From: Octopus vulgaris
Taxonomy: Eukaryota
Assembly (NCBI GenBank): GCA_951406725.2
Contig: OX597840.1
Coordinates: forward strand, 14,694,001-14,758,000
Direction of reading: 5' to 3'
Length of the DNA stretch: 64,000 nt
Shown here: one piece after another, positions 28,240 through 40,791 of the stretch
How the letters are laid out: each line of letters opens with the position of its first letter
How positions within the stretch are numbered: the first letter of the stretch is position 1
Translations under genes and position numbers: made by a program
The notes under the pieces: generated by a model
What the model was told of the DNA's origin: nothing
The model's input: only the letters and a program-made list of their open reading frames with translations
Database searches by the model: none

Positions 28240-29728
28240 GTTGCCGGGTTATAATGCTAGTTTTTTTCAATATTTGTTTGATACCATTACATTACAAGTA
28301 TTGCATCACCGTTTTGTACTGGTGCATCATCTTTGGGAGTAAAAGTTGGTCACCATAGTCGTTGTTGAAGTTGAGAAAGTTTAAAATATAGGTAATGGGC
28401 AGATCTTTTTCAAGAAATTTTTCCTCAGTTGTAATTGAGGTTGCTAACGAAATATCTAGATAATTTGTGGTGCTTATTCTTTTCTCTGTTGCATTGCACA
28501 TCAACTTTTTCCCACATTAATATCCAATTTAATAATTTTCAATTTTCAAACAATGACGGCAACATTGGGGCAAAACGAGTAATGACTAATTGCAATAATT
28601 TCTCCTCTTTAACTTCATGATGTATAAATGTATCAGGAAGAAAGCCATTCCAGCAGATTGTGAAGAAGTGATAAAGTATATCTTATGTTAAGTTTTTTGA
28701 TTTAGCTAAGTTTTGTTAACTTCATATCATATACCATTTTTCCCAGATCTCTTTCATTTCACTTAGATATTTTTAACATTTGTTGAATTTCTGATCTTTC
28801 TGATGACTAAAAATGGATATTGATGTGTATGAGTGGTTTTTTTGGGTTTTTTTCAAATTTAATTTTGAAAAATTTAAGAGCCAAATCTACCATATTTTTT
28901 GTTACTCATTTTGCCCCATCCAAATATGTCTTTTTTATGCTCAAAGGGAACAGAGATAATTTTCTGTAATAGTATTCTGAATGTTATAGTGTTTTTAAAG
29001 CATTTAAAAAAAGATCATTTGCTTAGCTGATGAAGTTTTTGTAAAGTCGTGAACATTGGTAAGAACATATTTTTTCCCAAAGTCAAAAATGCAATAAATG
29101 TTACTCATTGTGCTCCCCACCCCTTACCTGAAACTGGGAAGTGGATTTTCAGAATAGCTATCCCATATCTGTTGGAATTTTCCTTTCTTTACACACAAAA
29201 CAATGAAGTGAAGCATTTTTTCAAAGACAAAAAATTTTTAAATGCATATCTTTTAAATGTTTGTCTCTGAACCTCCCCACTTCCACTCACACATACATTA
29301 TCATGCCTCTGGAACAGTAATGACCACCAGAAAGATGGTCCCCCCTCCCCTTCTTGTTTTTTCGATAATTTTCGATCTTTTTTTCATATTCTACATTCTG
29401 AAACAATCAAAACTTGCATTTAAAAAAAAAATCATACCCTCTCATCTTCCCTTCCATCATTGCACTTTTCACAATAAAGGAAAAATTTAACACCACAACC
29501 ATGGTCTGTATGGAAGAAAAATAATTAAAATTTTGAAAAATGTATCTAAAAGCTACATTTTCAGTCATTTAATTAAACTTTCTCTGCTAACTCGTCAAGT
29601 TCAATTACATATAATTGATTAGTTTTGAGATTTAAATTTGCTAATTTTCCAAGAATTTGATTCCCATGCATGAGGGTCCCACTGAATTTGAAATACCCCG
29701 GGTTCTCTATGGTTTAAATCCGGTCCTG
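28240..29728 (-). mobile_element. Possible hAT-like DNA transposon remnant
   Basis: Terminus reads caggaccggatttaaacc on the minus strand (hAT-type TIR pattern); stop-riddled ORF at 28240-28620; second TIR not seen. Confidence 0.3.
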
Positions 29729-30606
29729 CTGTCTGTAGCCATTCTTCACTCTCCTGACTGAGAAATAGCAGCCAAATCTTTGTCACACCACATCATCCAG
29801 TCACCTTAAATAATGATTTCCAATTTTAGTAGAAGGCCAGCAAATTCAGGGAGGGGGTAATTTGATTACATTGACCCTCAGTATTCAAATGGTACTTATT
29901 TTATCGACCCTAAAAGGTTGAATGGCAAAGTCAACCCTGGCAGAATCTAAAGCCATCTTAACTAATAAGCAACACATTGGACATTTTAAATCATTGACGT
30001 ATGAAAAACCAGGATAGCCATGGCTGGAGAGGATGTATGAACGTCTTTAATAAGTTTGAGAGATGGTCTGACCTGGGGTTAAACAACAGCGACAGCATAA
30101 ACAACCATCATTCAGCCAAGCTTCGGTTGTTGAATAATTTTACAAACGGAAATTCCATGACGTCAGCTCCAAGCATTCACCCCCCTCTCTCTGTCTATCA
30201 CTCTATCTATCTATCACTCTATCTATCTATCTATCTATCTATTTATTTATCTCTCTGTCCCTCTTTCTTTCCTCTCTCTGTTTGTGTCTCTCTCTATCCC
30301 CCTCAGACTGTCTTTCTCTTGCTCCTTCTTCTTACTCTCTTTTCTCCTCTCTTTCCTTCTCTCTTCGTTTCTCTTTTCTGTCTTTCATAACATTCACTCA
30401 TTCTTTACCTCATTTCCCTTCTTTCTTCATTCATTTTTCTCCTTCATTTTTTTCTTCCTTTCCTTCATCTTCATCTTTGATTCATTTTGTTTCTCTCTTC
30501 TTTCTATATCAACTTCTCTTTCATATTATTTCCTTTCAAATTTTCCTCTTTTTCATTCTATTATTCTCTCCTCTTCTTTCCTTCTGCTTCTTTCATCTTC
30601 TTTTCT

Positions 30607-30638
<32 letters not shown>

Positions 30639-30686
30639 ATTTTACATTCTACCCCCACCTCCCACTTTCATTATATATATTCCTTA

Positions 30687-30905
30687 AGGCGGTGAGCTGG
30701 CAGAAGCATTAACACACTGGGTGAAATGCTTAGTGGTATTTCGTTTGTCTTTACATTCTGAGTTCAAATTCCGCCGAGGTTGGCTTTGCCTTTCATCCTT
30801 TCAGGGTCGATTAATTAAGTACCAGTTGTGCACTGGGGTCAACCTAATTGACTGGCTCCATCTCCCCCAAAATTTCGGGCCTTATGTCTAGAATACAAAA
30901 GAATA
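30687..30905 (+). mobile_element. Family B SINE within a long polypyrimidine tract
   Basis: aggcggtgagctggcagaa...gagttcaaattccgccgagg...gggccttatgtctaga. Confidence 0.88.
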
Positions 30906-31436
30906 TATGTATTCCTTCATTCTATTTCTCCTTCTCTTCTACTTTCCCCCTCATACTCCTTCTCTCAATCTCTCTTTCATTCTTTTATTCCCATCACCTT
31001 TTCTTTTTCAACCCCCACTTCTCTTCTTTTTCTTTCTATTTTCTTTTATTTCAGTCTTTCCTTCATTTTTCTGTCTTTCTACCCCCTCCTCTTCCTTCTC
31101 GATTTCCCCTCTTTCTCTTCATCTCATTTGTTTTCTTTTTCTTTCTTCCTTTTCCTATTTCTCCTTCCCTTATTCTTATTTTCTCTCATTCTCTTCGCAT
31201 TTTGCTCCACTATACATACATATATGGCATTCTACATATACACACACATGCACTGTGCACACAAACGTGTTACACATACACACACACACTCACACACACA
31301 TAAATACAGTAGTAGTATTAGTAGCAGCAGCAGTAGCAGTAGTAGTTGTTGCTGTTGTTGTGCATACTAATGCCTCATTTAGTATTCATATATGCATTTC
31401 TTTGTGATAGTCATATAAAAATATCTCTGTGTTTTC

Positions 31437-31467
<31 letters not shown>

Positions 31468-32085
31468 TATATATATATTCATACTCATACCCACATATGC
31501 GCTCACACACTGACGCAAGTTTATATTTCTGTCTGTGTGTCTGTCTGTCTATGTGTCTGCACGTCTGTCTCCTAGAGTTTGGATTTGTCCACTTCTTTGA
31601 ACACAGCCTCCAATGGATGGTGGTGGTGGTGGTGATGGCAATGTTGATGGTGGTGGTGGTGATGGCAATGTTGATGGTGGTAGTGGTGATGGTAGTGGTG
31701 GTGGTGGAGAACAGGGTTTAAATCCCAGAATTGCATCATTTTCAACTATTACTACCTCCTCACCATCATCATCACCATCACCATCATCTTTATCCTCATC
31801 ATCATCATCGCCATCATCATCATCATCATCATTACCAGCATGGTCATCTTTCTCCTCAACCTCAGTAAAATTTATGAAAACCAGACTATGGTGGTATATG
31901 AATTAACCTACCTAACTAGGTCTAACAATGACAGTTTTAAAACAGCAGCAAAAACTTGAAGGTGTAGGTGGCAGGGACCACATGATTTTGGTGTGTCCCA
32001 GTAATCTGAGGTTATGTGTGTAAGGTGTACTTCATCTCACCCTATGTAGTGTCTCTTATTTCGGGCTAGAGAGCTTAGCTTGTTG

Positions 32086-32123
<38 letters not shown>

Positions 32124-32673
32124 GAGTGAGAGAGTAGTGTATGCCATCAAAGTGACACTGGGGTACAATATATGAAGCCCAGTATACCCATCATGACTAT
32201 CCGTCTGATAAGGGTACACCAGGCACATGCATCACAACCATATGTATGTGACATGGTGATCTCATATCAAGATAAGCAGCGCATGAACTTGCAGGTGGGG
32301 CCCAGTTAGAATTTTCTTCTGGTCGAGTAACCCATCCTCCTCAAAAAGGTCCCTGAATAAGGGTTGTTTAAGGGTATTGAAGGAAACACCCATGTTTCCA
32401 GAGGTGAATTATTCAAACCCCAAAGAATTCCTCTCAACACACAGCTATGATGCTCCCCCACTATTTCTACTCGTGATCAGAGATGCACATATCGTCAGCC
32501 ACTAAGGGACATGCTCAACTGGTTAAGGTCAAACAACTGACAAGCATATCTGTGGTATTGAGCAGAATATTTGCTGTAGCCCATCTTTTATACCAAGACA
32601 AAACAATGTACATGATAACACTTCCAATCAGTTAAAAAGCCATGAGAGCCACTGCCTGGTACTGCATTAAGGC
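32124..32673 (-). mobile_element. ~550-bp non-coding element embedded in (TAA)n, copy 1
   Basis: Highly similar to 34969-35523; both ends abut (tta)n; strand assigned by analogy with the neighbouring R4-type LINE. Confidence 0.8.
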
Positions 32674-32676
32674 CTC

Positions 32677-32719
<43 letters not shown>

Positions 32720-33251
32720 GTGATGATGCATAGCTTAGTGGTTAGGGTGTTGCACTAGCAATTGTGATTTCAATTCCTAGACTGGGTGGTGCACTGTGTT
32801 CTTGAACAAAACACTTCATCTCATGTTGCTCTGTGATTGCTTTCACACCTGATGTGTGGTACACCTGTGTACCCCATGTTGATTTGATGGAAAGACTGAG
32901 CTAATATCCAGCACATACATTTGATCACTATAAACAAATTATTTGTGCAGGTCGTTTGGTAAAAGCTGAACACTCATATGTCATCTTTGATGCTAGAGTC
33001 CATTATTATTATTATTATTGAAATAAGTAAGTACCAGTTGAACACTACACTCTGGGTTCAGATTCTACCAGGATCAACTTAGCCTCTCATCTTTTGGAGG
33101 TTGATGAAATAAGTACCAGTTGAACACTGGGATCAATGTAATCAACTTATCCCCTCCCTGAAATTGCTGGCCTGTGCCAAAATTTGAAGCCATTATTATG
33201 ACTTATTATTATTATTATTAGTATCATTATTATTATTATTATTATTATTAT

Positions 33252-33304
<53 letters not shown>

Positions 33305-33429
33305 TTGTCTTTCTACTTTCAATTTTGTTTCCATTTCTTGTCGAGTGTCTTCCCAACACCTAGGGCAAAGAAACTCACTGTATACATTGGTAGGCTATTA
33401 AAATAAACACCCCAGCTTATTTGTTTATG

Positions 33430-33630
33430 AAGTCAAATTATGTGATCAGAAAAAAAGGGAAAAAGAAAGAAAGAAAAAAGGAAAAGATAAAAATAGAGAA
33501 AAGAATGAAAAAAAGAAAACAGTGATATACCAGTTAAAACAATATTTTGCACTTCCTGCTTGGATGGTAAGCCAGGTATCATCTTCAAATAATTTTCAGT
33601 TCCTCTTATTTTAGAACATGGTTGAGTCCA
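33430..33630 (-). mobile_element. R4/Dong-type LINE 3' fragment
   Basis: ENYLKMIPGLPSKQEVQNIVLTG resembles the C-terminus of the RLE ORF at 35580-36281. Confidence 0.55.
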
Positions 33631-33639
33631 TAAAATAGG

Positions 33640-34122
33640 ATTTGACAACACCTCCATTTAGAGCACAGTTTAAGCTATCTTTTCATGGAAGAAGGTTTAT
33701 GTTCCTATAACCTGTGTTAATTCTGTAACCCTTTAAAATGGAAGATAAGAAAGTTCATTTTCAGCACTTGATGCTTTGGGAACCAGACAAAAATTGCTGC
33801 AGCTTGGCTGGGATGTGTTACCCCACCCTCCATATTCACCAGATATTGCTCCTTCAGATTTCCACTTATTTAGGTCTCTGCAGAATAGTCTTAATGGTAA
33901 AACTTTCAATTCCTTGGATGACGTAAAAAGATACCTTGATGAATTCTTTGCCATGAAAGCACCTCAATTCTGGGAAGAGGGTATTTTCAAGTTAAAGGAA
34001 AGATGGAGACACATTGTGCAACAAAATGGTTCATATTTGGTTGATTAAAAATGTAATGGCAAGTATTTATTGACCTTTTTCTTTCCTTTAAAAATCGGCA
34101 CAAACTTTCCGAACAACCCAAT
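33640..34122 (+). mobile_element. Internally deleted mariner element
   Basis: N-terminus MEDKKVHFQHLMLW joined out of frame to TRQKLLQLGWDVLPHPPYSPDIAPSDFHLFRSLQNSL...NGSYLVD*; right TIR-like aactttccgaacaacccaa-ta; left TIR not seen. Confidence 0.88.
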
Positions 34123-34496
34123 ATTTTCTGAGCTTATCAAATTCTTTTGCTGAGATATTATGGTCACAACGTATGCTCATGTCAATCAATAAACAGATTT
34201 TATTGTTTTGGCCTTTAACAACAATATCTGGTTCATTAGCTTTGATGGACCAGTCTGTACATACTGGAAAGTTTCAAAGAATCATTGCATTTTCTCCCTC
34301 AGTTACAGCCTCAGGGTGATGCTTATATCATTTGTCAGGAATTTTAATTTCATAATGCCAACATATTGACCAGTGTAGATATTGGCCAACTCTGTCATGT
34401 TTTAATTCATACTCTACAGGTGCTTAAACTTTTCATCCAGATTAAGTGGTCATTGTTGCAGTATCGGCATTTTGGGTTTACTCCATTTTTAATCAC

Positions 34497-34534
<38 letters not shown>

Positions 34535-34560
34535 GTTATTGTTATTGTTATAATTATTCT

Positions 34561-34600
<40 letters not shown>

Positions 34601-34968
34601 TCATCACTGTTCAGTGTTTGGTAGATGAAGGCAAATATCTACACTTCTATGTTGCTGGAGTGTGTTCTGCTGTTGGGAGTATACAAACTCCTCCCCATAC
34701 TGTATTGTGTTAGTTTTTGTTTTTCCTTGATGCGTGGTGATGTGTTTTGTTGTGTTATTGCTTGTATTGTGTTTTGGATGTGTAATGCTTTGGTTTTCTA
34801 GCTTGCTGGTGGGAGTTTATTTTCCTGGTTAAATGCTGTATAGAGTGTCTTGTATTTGTGTGTTATTTTGTTTAGGTTTGATAGTGTCTTGCATAGGATG
34901 GGGGCTGTTCCTAACTGGGCTATATCATTATTATTGTTTTTGTTGTTGTTGTTGTTATTATTATTATT

Positions 34969-35523
34969 GATTGAGAGAGCAGCGTATGCCATCAAAGTGA
35001 CATTGGGGTAAAATATACGAAGCCCAGTATACCCATCATGACTACCCATCTGATAAGGGTACACCAGGCACATGCATCACAACCATATGAGCGCAACATG
35101 GTGATCTCATATCAAGATAAACAGCGCATGACCTTGCAGGTGGGGCCCAGTTAGAATTTTCTTCTGGTCGAGTAACCCATCCTCCTCAAAAAGGTCCCTG
35201 AATAAGGGTTGTTTAAGGGTATTGAATGAAACACCCATGTTTCCAGAGGTGAATTATTCAAACCCCAAAGAATTCCTCTCAACACACAGCTATGATGCTC
35301 CCCCACTACTTCTGCTCGTGATCAGAGATGCACATATCGTCAGCCACTAAGGGACATGCTCAACTGGTTAAGGTCAAACAACTGACAAGTAAATCTGTGG
35401 TATTGAGCAGAATATTTGCTGTAGCCCATCTTTTATACCAAGACAAAACAATAGACATGATAACACTTCCAATCAGTTAAGATCAGAAGCCATGAGAGCC
35501 ACTGTCTGGTACTGCATCAGGGC
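34969..35523 (-). mobile_element. ~550-bp non-coding element embedded in (TAA)n, copy 2
   Basis: Near-identical to 32124-32673; adjoins a further R4-like 3' end (IAQLGTAPILCKTLS) at ~34670-34925. Confidence 0.8.
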
Positions 35524-35549
35524 AGTTTATTATTATTATTATTATTATG

Positions 35550-36830
35550 AAAGACTCTCATATAATTCTTAATTACTGGTTATTCTTTAGCTAAAAGCAA
35601 GCAATGACCAATCGCCAAAGGTTTCAAGTAGTGCCTTCTCCTGTGACTCAATACTCTCTTTAGAATGTGAGCTGTACTTAACAATTCTGGCTTCTGGATC
35701 ACTTCAAGCCTGACAGCAGCTCCAATATTCTTAATATTCTTTTCAAAGCCCTTGGAAACTGCTCCTAATGCTCCAATTACCACCGGTATCACCATTACTT
35801 TCTTCATGCCCCATAACTTTCCTATTTCATCCTGCAGTGGATGGTATTTCTCAGTCTTTTCTGCTTCCTTACATTTCACCCTCGATTTGCCTGATATTGC
35901 AACATCTATTATCTTTACTTCTTTTTCATTTTTATGGATGACCACGATATCTGGCCGTCTTGCCTCTATGACTTGGTTGCACTGTGTGTTAAAATCCCAG
36001 GGTATTTTGTAATGTTCATTTTCCATTACTCCTTCTGGCTTGTGCTCATAGCATTGTTCGGATCTCTCGAGGTTTGCTTTACTACACAACAGCCAATGGA
36101 CATATCTGGCCACATGTCTCCTTTTGTATTCACATTGTGCGAGCTTACAGCACTCACTAACAATATGGCTTATACTTTCTCCCTTCTCAGAGTACATCCT
36201 ACACTGTGATGAGTCAGTGCTTTTATCGATGTGATATCTGGAGTAATTTGTTCTGAGAACTTGTTCCTGAGCACTGCACACTAATGCTTCACTGGGCCCT
36301 TTTAAGTCTCCTTTCTGCAGTCATTGCCAGGTTCTATTCCAATTAATCTCATCTTTATTCTTCAAGAACTGACTGTGCATTTTCTTTTCCTGCCAAATTT
36401 TCTTCATCTTCTCTGTCTGATCTTTCTTAAATCATATTGGATTTACGGTTTTGTTCACTTTTAAGGTTCCCTGCATTTTCACTGCTTCAATCATTTCTTC
36501 TTTACTCTCTTCCACATACCAAGCTAGGCTATTCTCCTCTTCCCTTACACAACCTTCACAACACACCAATCCCCATCCTCCTTCTTTCCTCTTTACATAC
36601 AATCTTGCCACATCACTCTTGGAGTGTAGTTCCTTGTTCATTGTCATTAATTTACGTGTTCTCCTATCTAGCTCTTGTGATTCCTGCTCCTTCCAAGATA
36701 CGATTCCTACCCCATATCTCATCAAAGCAATCGCCCACATGTTCATTCTAATCTTATAACGACCATCCTGTGTTCATTCATCTTATCTTTTCCAATGATA
36801 CCCAGACACTTATATCGTTCCTCTGTGGGA
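35550..36830 (-). mobile_element. 5'-truncated R4/Dong-clade non-LTR retrotransposon (RT thumb, CCHC knuckle, PD-(D/E)xK restriction-like endonuclease)
   Basis: ELDRRTRKLMT...RLYVKRKEGGWGL; AQEQVLRT; CRMY(C)...ESISHIVSEC; RRH; RPDIVV...IIDVA...EKTEKY; 3' end abuts (TAA)n, the known Dong-type target. Confidence 0.92.
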
Positions 36831-37155
36831 CCCCTGACAGCAGACCACTGCCTGATCTCAGAGAATCTACCAGAGCAAGCAAGACTGAGCACTTGGAGAA
36901 GTAAAACATTAATAATAATAATCAGCAAAAGCCATGGTCTTGTAACTGAATTACCAAAAGTTCATATTATAGAGTAATTTTATAATGCATTCTTTCTCTG
37001 TACCAGCAACTGCAGCACTGTACACCTTGGAGTACAAGCAGTGGTGTGCTTCAGTTTTCAATCTGTTTTTTTATTGTATTAAAAGTACTCAATGCAATGT
37101 GTGTGCAGTATCATATTCTGTGTGATGTGTGTGTGTGTATGGATGGATAGATATA

Positions 37156-37705
37156 GGTGCAGGCATGGCTGTGTGGTAAGAAGCAATGCTAAGTGGTATT
37201 TCGTCTGCCGCTAGGTTCTGAGTTCAAATTCCACCAAGGTCGACTTTGCCATTCATCCTTTCAGGGTCGATAAATTAAGTACCAGTTAGGCACTGGGGTC
37301 GATGTAATCGACTTAATCTCTTTGTCTGTCCTTGTTTGTCCCCTCTATGTTTAGCCCCTTGCGGTAAATGAGAAGCTTGTTTCCCAACTACATGATTCTG
37401 GGTTCAGTTCTACTGCATGGCACCTTAGGTATGTGTCTTCTACTCTAGCCTTGGACTGATCAAAACCGTCTGAGTAAATTTGGTAGATGGAAACTAAAAG
37501 AAGCCTTTCATATATTTCCGTGTGTGTTAGCATATGTGTTTGTCACCCAGAACTGCTTCCCAACTGGTGTTGGTTTCTTTACTTCCTCATAAAGTACCAG
37601 GCTTTAAAACACCCATACGTACTGGGCTCCATTCATCTAAGAATTCTTTAAGATAATGCTCCAGCATGATCACGGTCTAATGACTGGAACAGATAAATGA
37701 TAAGA
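37156..37705 (+). mobile_element. Family A SINE with a nested family B SINE (37185-37370)
   Basis: Head ggctgtgtggtaagaagc is interrupted and resumes at agaagcttgtttccc. Confidence 0.85.
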
Positions 37706-38518
37706 GATTTAAGCCCAAGTCTATACCATTCGATATTCTTTCATTCTTTTACTTGTTTCAGTCATTTGACTGCAGCCATGCTGGAGCACTGCCTTTAGTC
37801 GAACAAATCAACCCCAGGACTTATTCTTTGTAAGCCTAGTAATTATTTTGTTGGTCTCTTTTGCCAAACCGCTAAGTTATGGAGACTTAAACACACCAAC
37901 ACTGGTTGTCAAGCGATGGAGGGACAAGAAACTATATACTCTGTGCTTGAGGAGACCGAGTCCAATTCATGCCAACATGAAAATAAAAATCAAATGGCAT
38001 CCATGCTGGTGGCATGTAAAAAGCAGCAACCGATAGTGGCCGCTGCCAGCCCCCTCTGGCCCCTGTGCCGGTGGCACGTAAAAAGCACCCACTACACTCA
38101 CGGAGTGGTTGGCATTAGGAAGGGCATCCAGCTGTAGAAACACTGCCAGATGAGACTGGAGCCTGGTGCAGCCTCCTGGCTTCCCAGACCTCGGTTGAAC
38201 CGTCCAATTCATGCCAGCATGGAAAACGGACGTCAAACACATGATGATGATGATGATGATATACAACAGGCTTCTTTCAGTTTCCGTCTACCAAATTCAC
38301 TCACAAGGTTTTGGTTGGCCTGAGGCTATAGTAGAAGACACTCGCCCAAAGTGCCACGCAGTGAGACTGAACCCTGAACCATGTGGTTGGGAAGCAAGCT
38401 TCTTACCGCACAGCCACACCTGTTCCTATATATGAAATGCCTAATCACATCCTATTTCTGTGTTGTGAATGAAGTTGCTGGGGTTTCTATTCAATATCCA
38501 TCTGAACTGTTATTTTAG

Positions 38519-39305
38519 TCATTCCCAAAGACTCTAATTTTTTATAGAAAATTATTTCAGACATTTCACCTCCACTGTAGCCATGACCACCACCATTTTG
38601 GTTATCTTTATTTCCAGATCTTTTTGTTTGGAGAATTACTTTTGGAGATGCATAACTATCTGTTAGAGCACACGTCCTTTAAGGAAGCACATAAGATTGG
38701 AATGAAACATTATTTGTATGATGATGATGATGATTACTTATAACCATCATGTGTTGTCTAGACAAGTGTACACACACACACACACACACAAACGTTCATA
38801 CAGACATATATATACACAACAGGATTCCACACAGTTTCCATGTATGAAATCCACTTGAAACGCATTGGTCAACCTGTGCCTATGGTATCAGAGAATGTAG
38901 AAAATTATTGCCTCCCCTATATTCATCATCATCATCATTTAATGTCCACTTTTCCACGTTTGCATGGGTTGGACGAGACATGTTGCGAGAGATTCTTCTA
39001 CAGATTGATGCCCTTCCTGTCACCAACCTTCACCTGTTTCCAGTCAAAGTAATATTCCTCTATGGCTAAACAGGGGTTTCCATTCCACACCCACCTGAAA
39101 TATTATTTTAATCATTCCCAAAAGCCCTTGTTATTACAGACAATTACTTCAGACTCACCACCACCACCACCACCACTACCCACTACCACCACCAATGCCA
39201 CCACCATTTTGGTTATCTCTATTTCCAGATCTTTCTATTTGGAGAATTACTTTCAGAGATATGTTACCATTTGTTAGAACACACATCCATTGAAGAAGCA
39301 CATCT
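38519..39305 (+). repeat. Two diverged direct copies (~38519-38690, ~39111-39305) of an unclassified repeat; inverted third copy at ~25700-25830
   Basis: Shared ccaccaccattttggttatctytatttccagatc...ggagaattacttt. Confidence 0.75.
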
Positions 39306-39979
39306 ATCTTTGGTACTCCTAGTAGTACGTATGTTCCTTGATAACACTATCTGGCAGATTGATCTGGATTTTCTTTCGAATGAATAATCTTACACCAAAA
39401 TATGGACATTTTGGAAGTTTCTGACATTTTTCTGCTCCATCTTCCTCCACCTTGTTCTGTTGAAGTTCTTATATTGTTGTTAGTATTATCAAATATTTCT
39501 TATACTATGATACATTATTACTTTGAATCTCGTACCCCACACCCCTAACTGATGTCTCTGTGGCAAATACAAGAAATCATCAACATCATCATTATCACCA
39601 CCACCATCATCATCATCATCATCATTATAGTTCACGTTAGCAACAGCGCTGGTGGTGGTGGTGGTGGTGGTGGTTGTGGTAGCAGTAGAGGAAGCTGTAG
39701 AAATATTGCTGTCAAATCTACCCGTTATCTACCCGGATACATGACAGCTTAACTGAAGAAGCTAGCTTAAGTGGTGTTTATATGTATATATATAGAGAGA
39801 TTATTTCTGCTTGTACGGTCTTTAATTCTTAAATGATAACAACACACACACAGACTTGCTGTTTGCATCCTACCAAACATATATATACACACATACACAT
39901 GCACACATAAAGCTTCTTATAAATGCTTGTGTAAGCAGCACACATACACGTGTCTGTGTGTCTATTGTGTCTATTTATG

Positions 39980-40017
<38 letters not shown>

Positions 40018-40791
40018 CATGTATGTATGTATATATATATAAAATATGTATGTATGTATATATATGTATATATATAGTGAAGTATAGAGAGAGATATATA
40101 ACTTCGAGGAATATCTAAAAGCCATTTGAAACATTACCTGATACAGAACTCTTTAAGGATTTTAGCATTAAATATTTTTTAAATGTTTCTTTGTATTTAT
40201 TATTGGTTTGTGTGTGTGTGTATGCTCACAAGTATGTGCATGTGTATAGGTAGATGAGTATGTGTATGTTTTTACACATACACATACACAAATGCATGTG
40301 TATATATATTTATAGTGTGTGTGTATGTATACGCTCTCAAGTATTTGCATATACCTATTTATATGTATAAGTAGATGTTTGTGAGTGTGTATGCCAACAC
40401 ACACACAAACGCACACACAAATGTATGCGTATATATGGCTGCCTCAGACAAACTTTTACAAAGGCTTTCTGTCCCTATCTCATTTAATTCTTACATGTAG
40501 ATATCCTTCGAGAGAATTTTAAGGTGGGGCATTTAAGCTTATGACGTCGCATGATCCTCATCATCAGCATCCTCCACTTTGTCACCTCCTCCCCTTCCTC
40601 CTCCTCCTCATCATCATCAACATCGTCGTCATTATCTCCATCATCAACATAACATTGTCTCAGATTTTATACTTTCTTTGTTACACATAAAAATTATCAG
40701 CATTGACATCTTCTAATTGGTCTCATGTGATACTTTTATTTGTGTGTATGTGTGTGTGTGTAACAACTCCCTCCACACACACACACACACA

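Noticed and set aside
32455-32520. Minus-strand CTGACGA...GAAA in the 550-bp element as a hammerhead
   Set aside because: Stems I and III cannot be formed convincingly, and the second copy has GAAG
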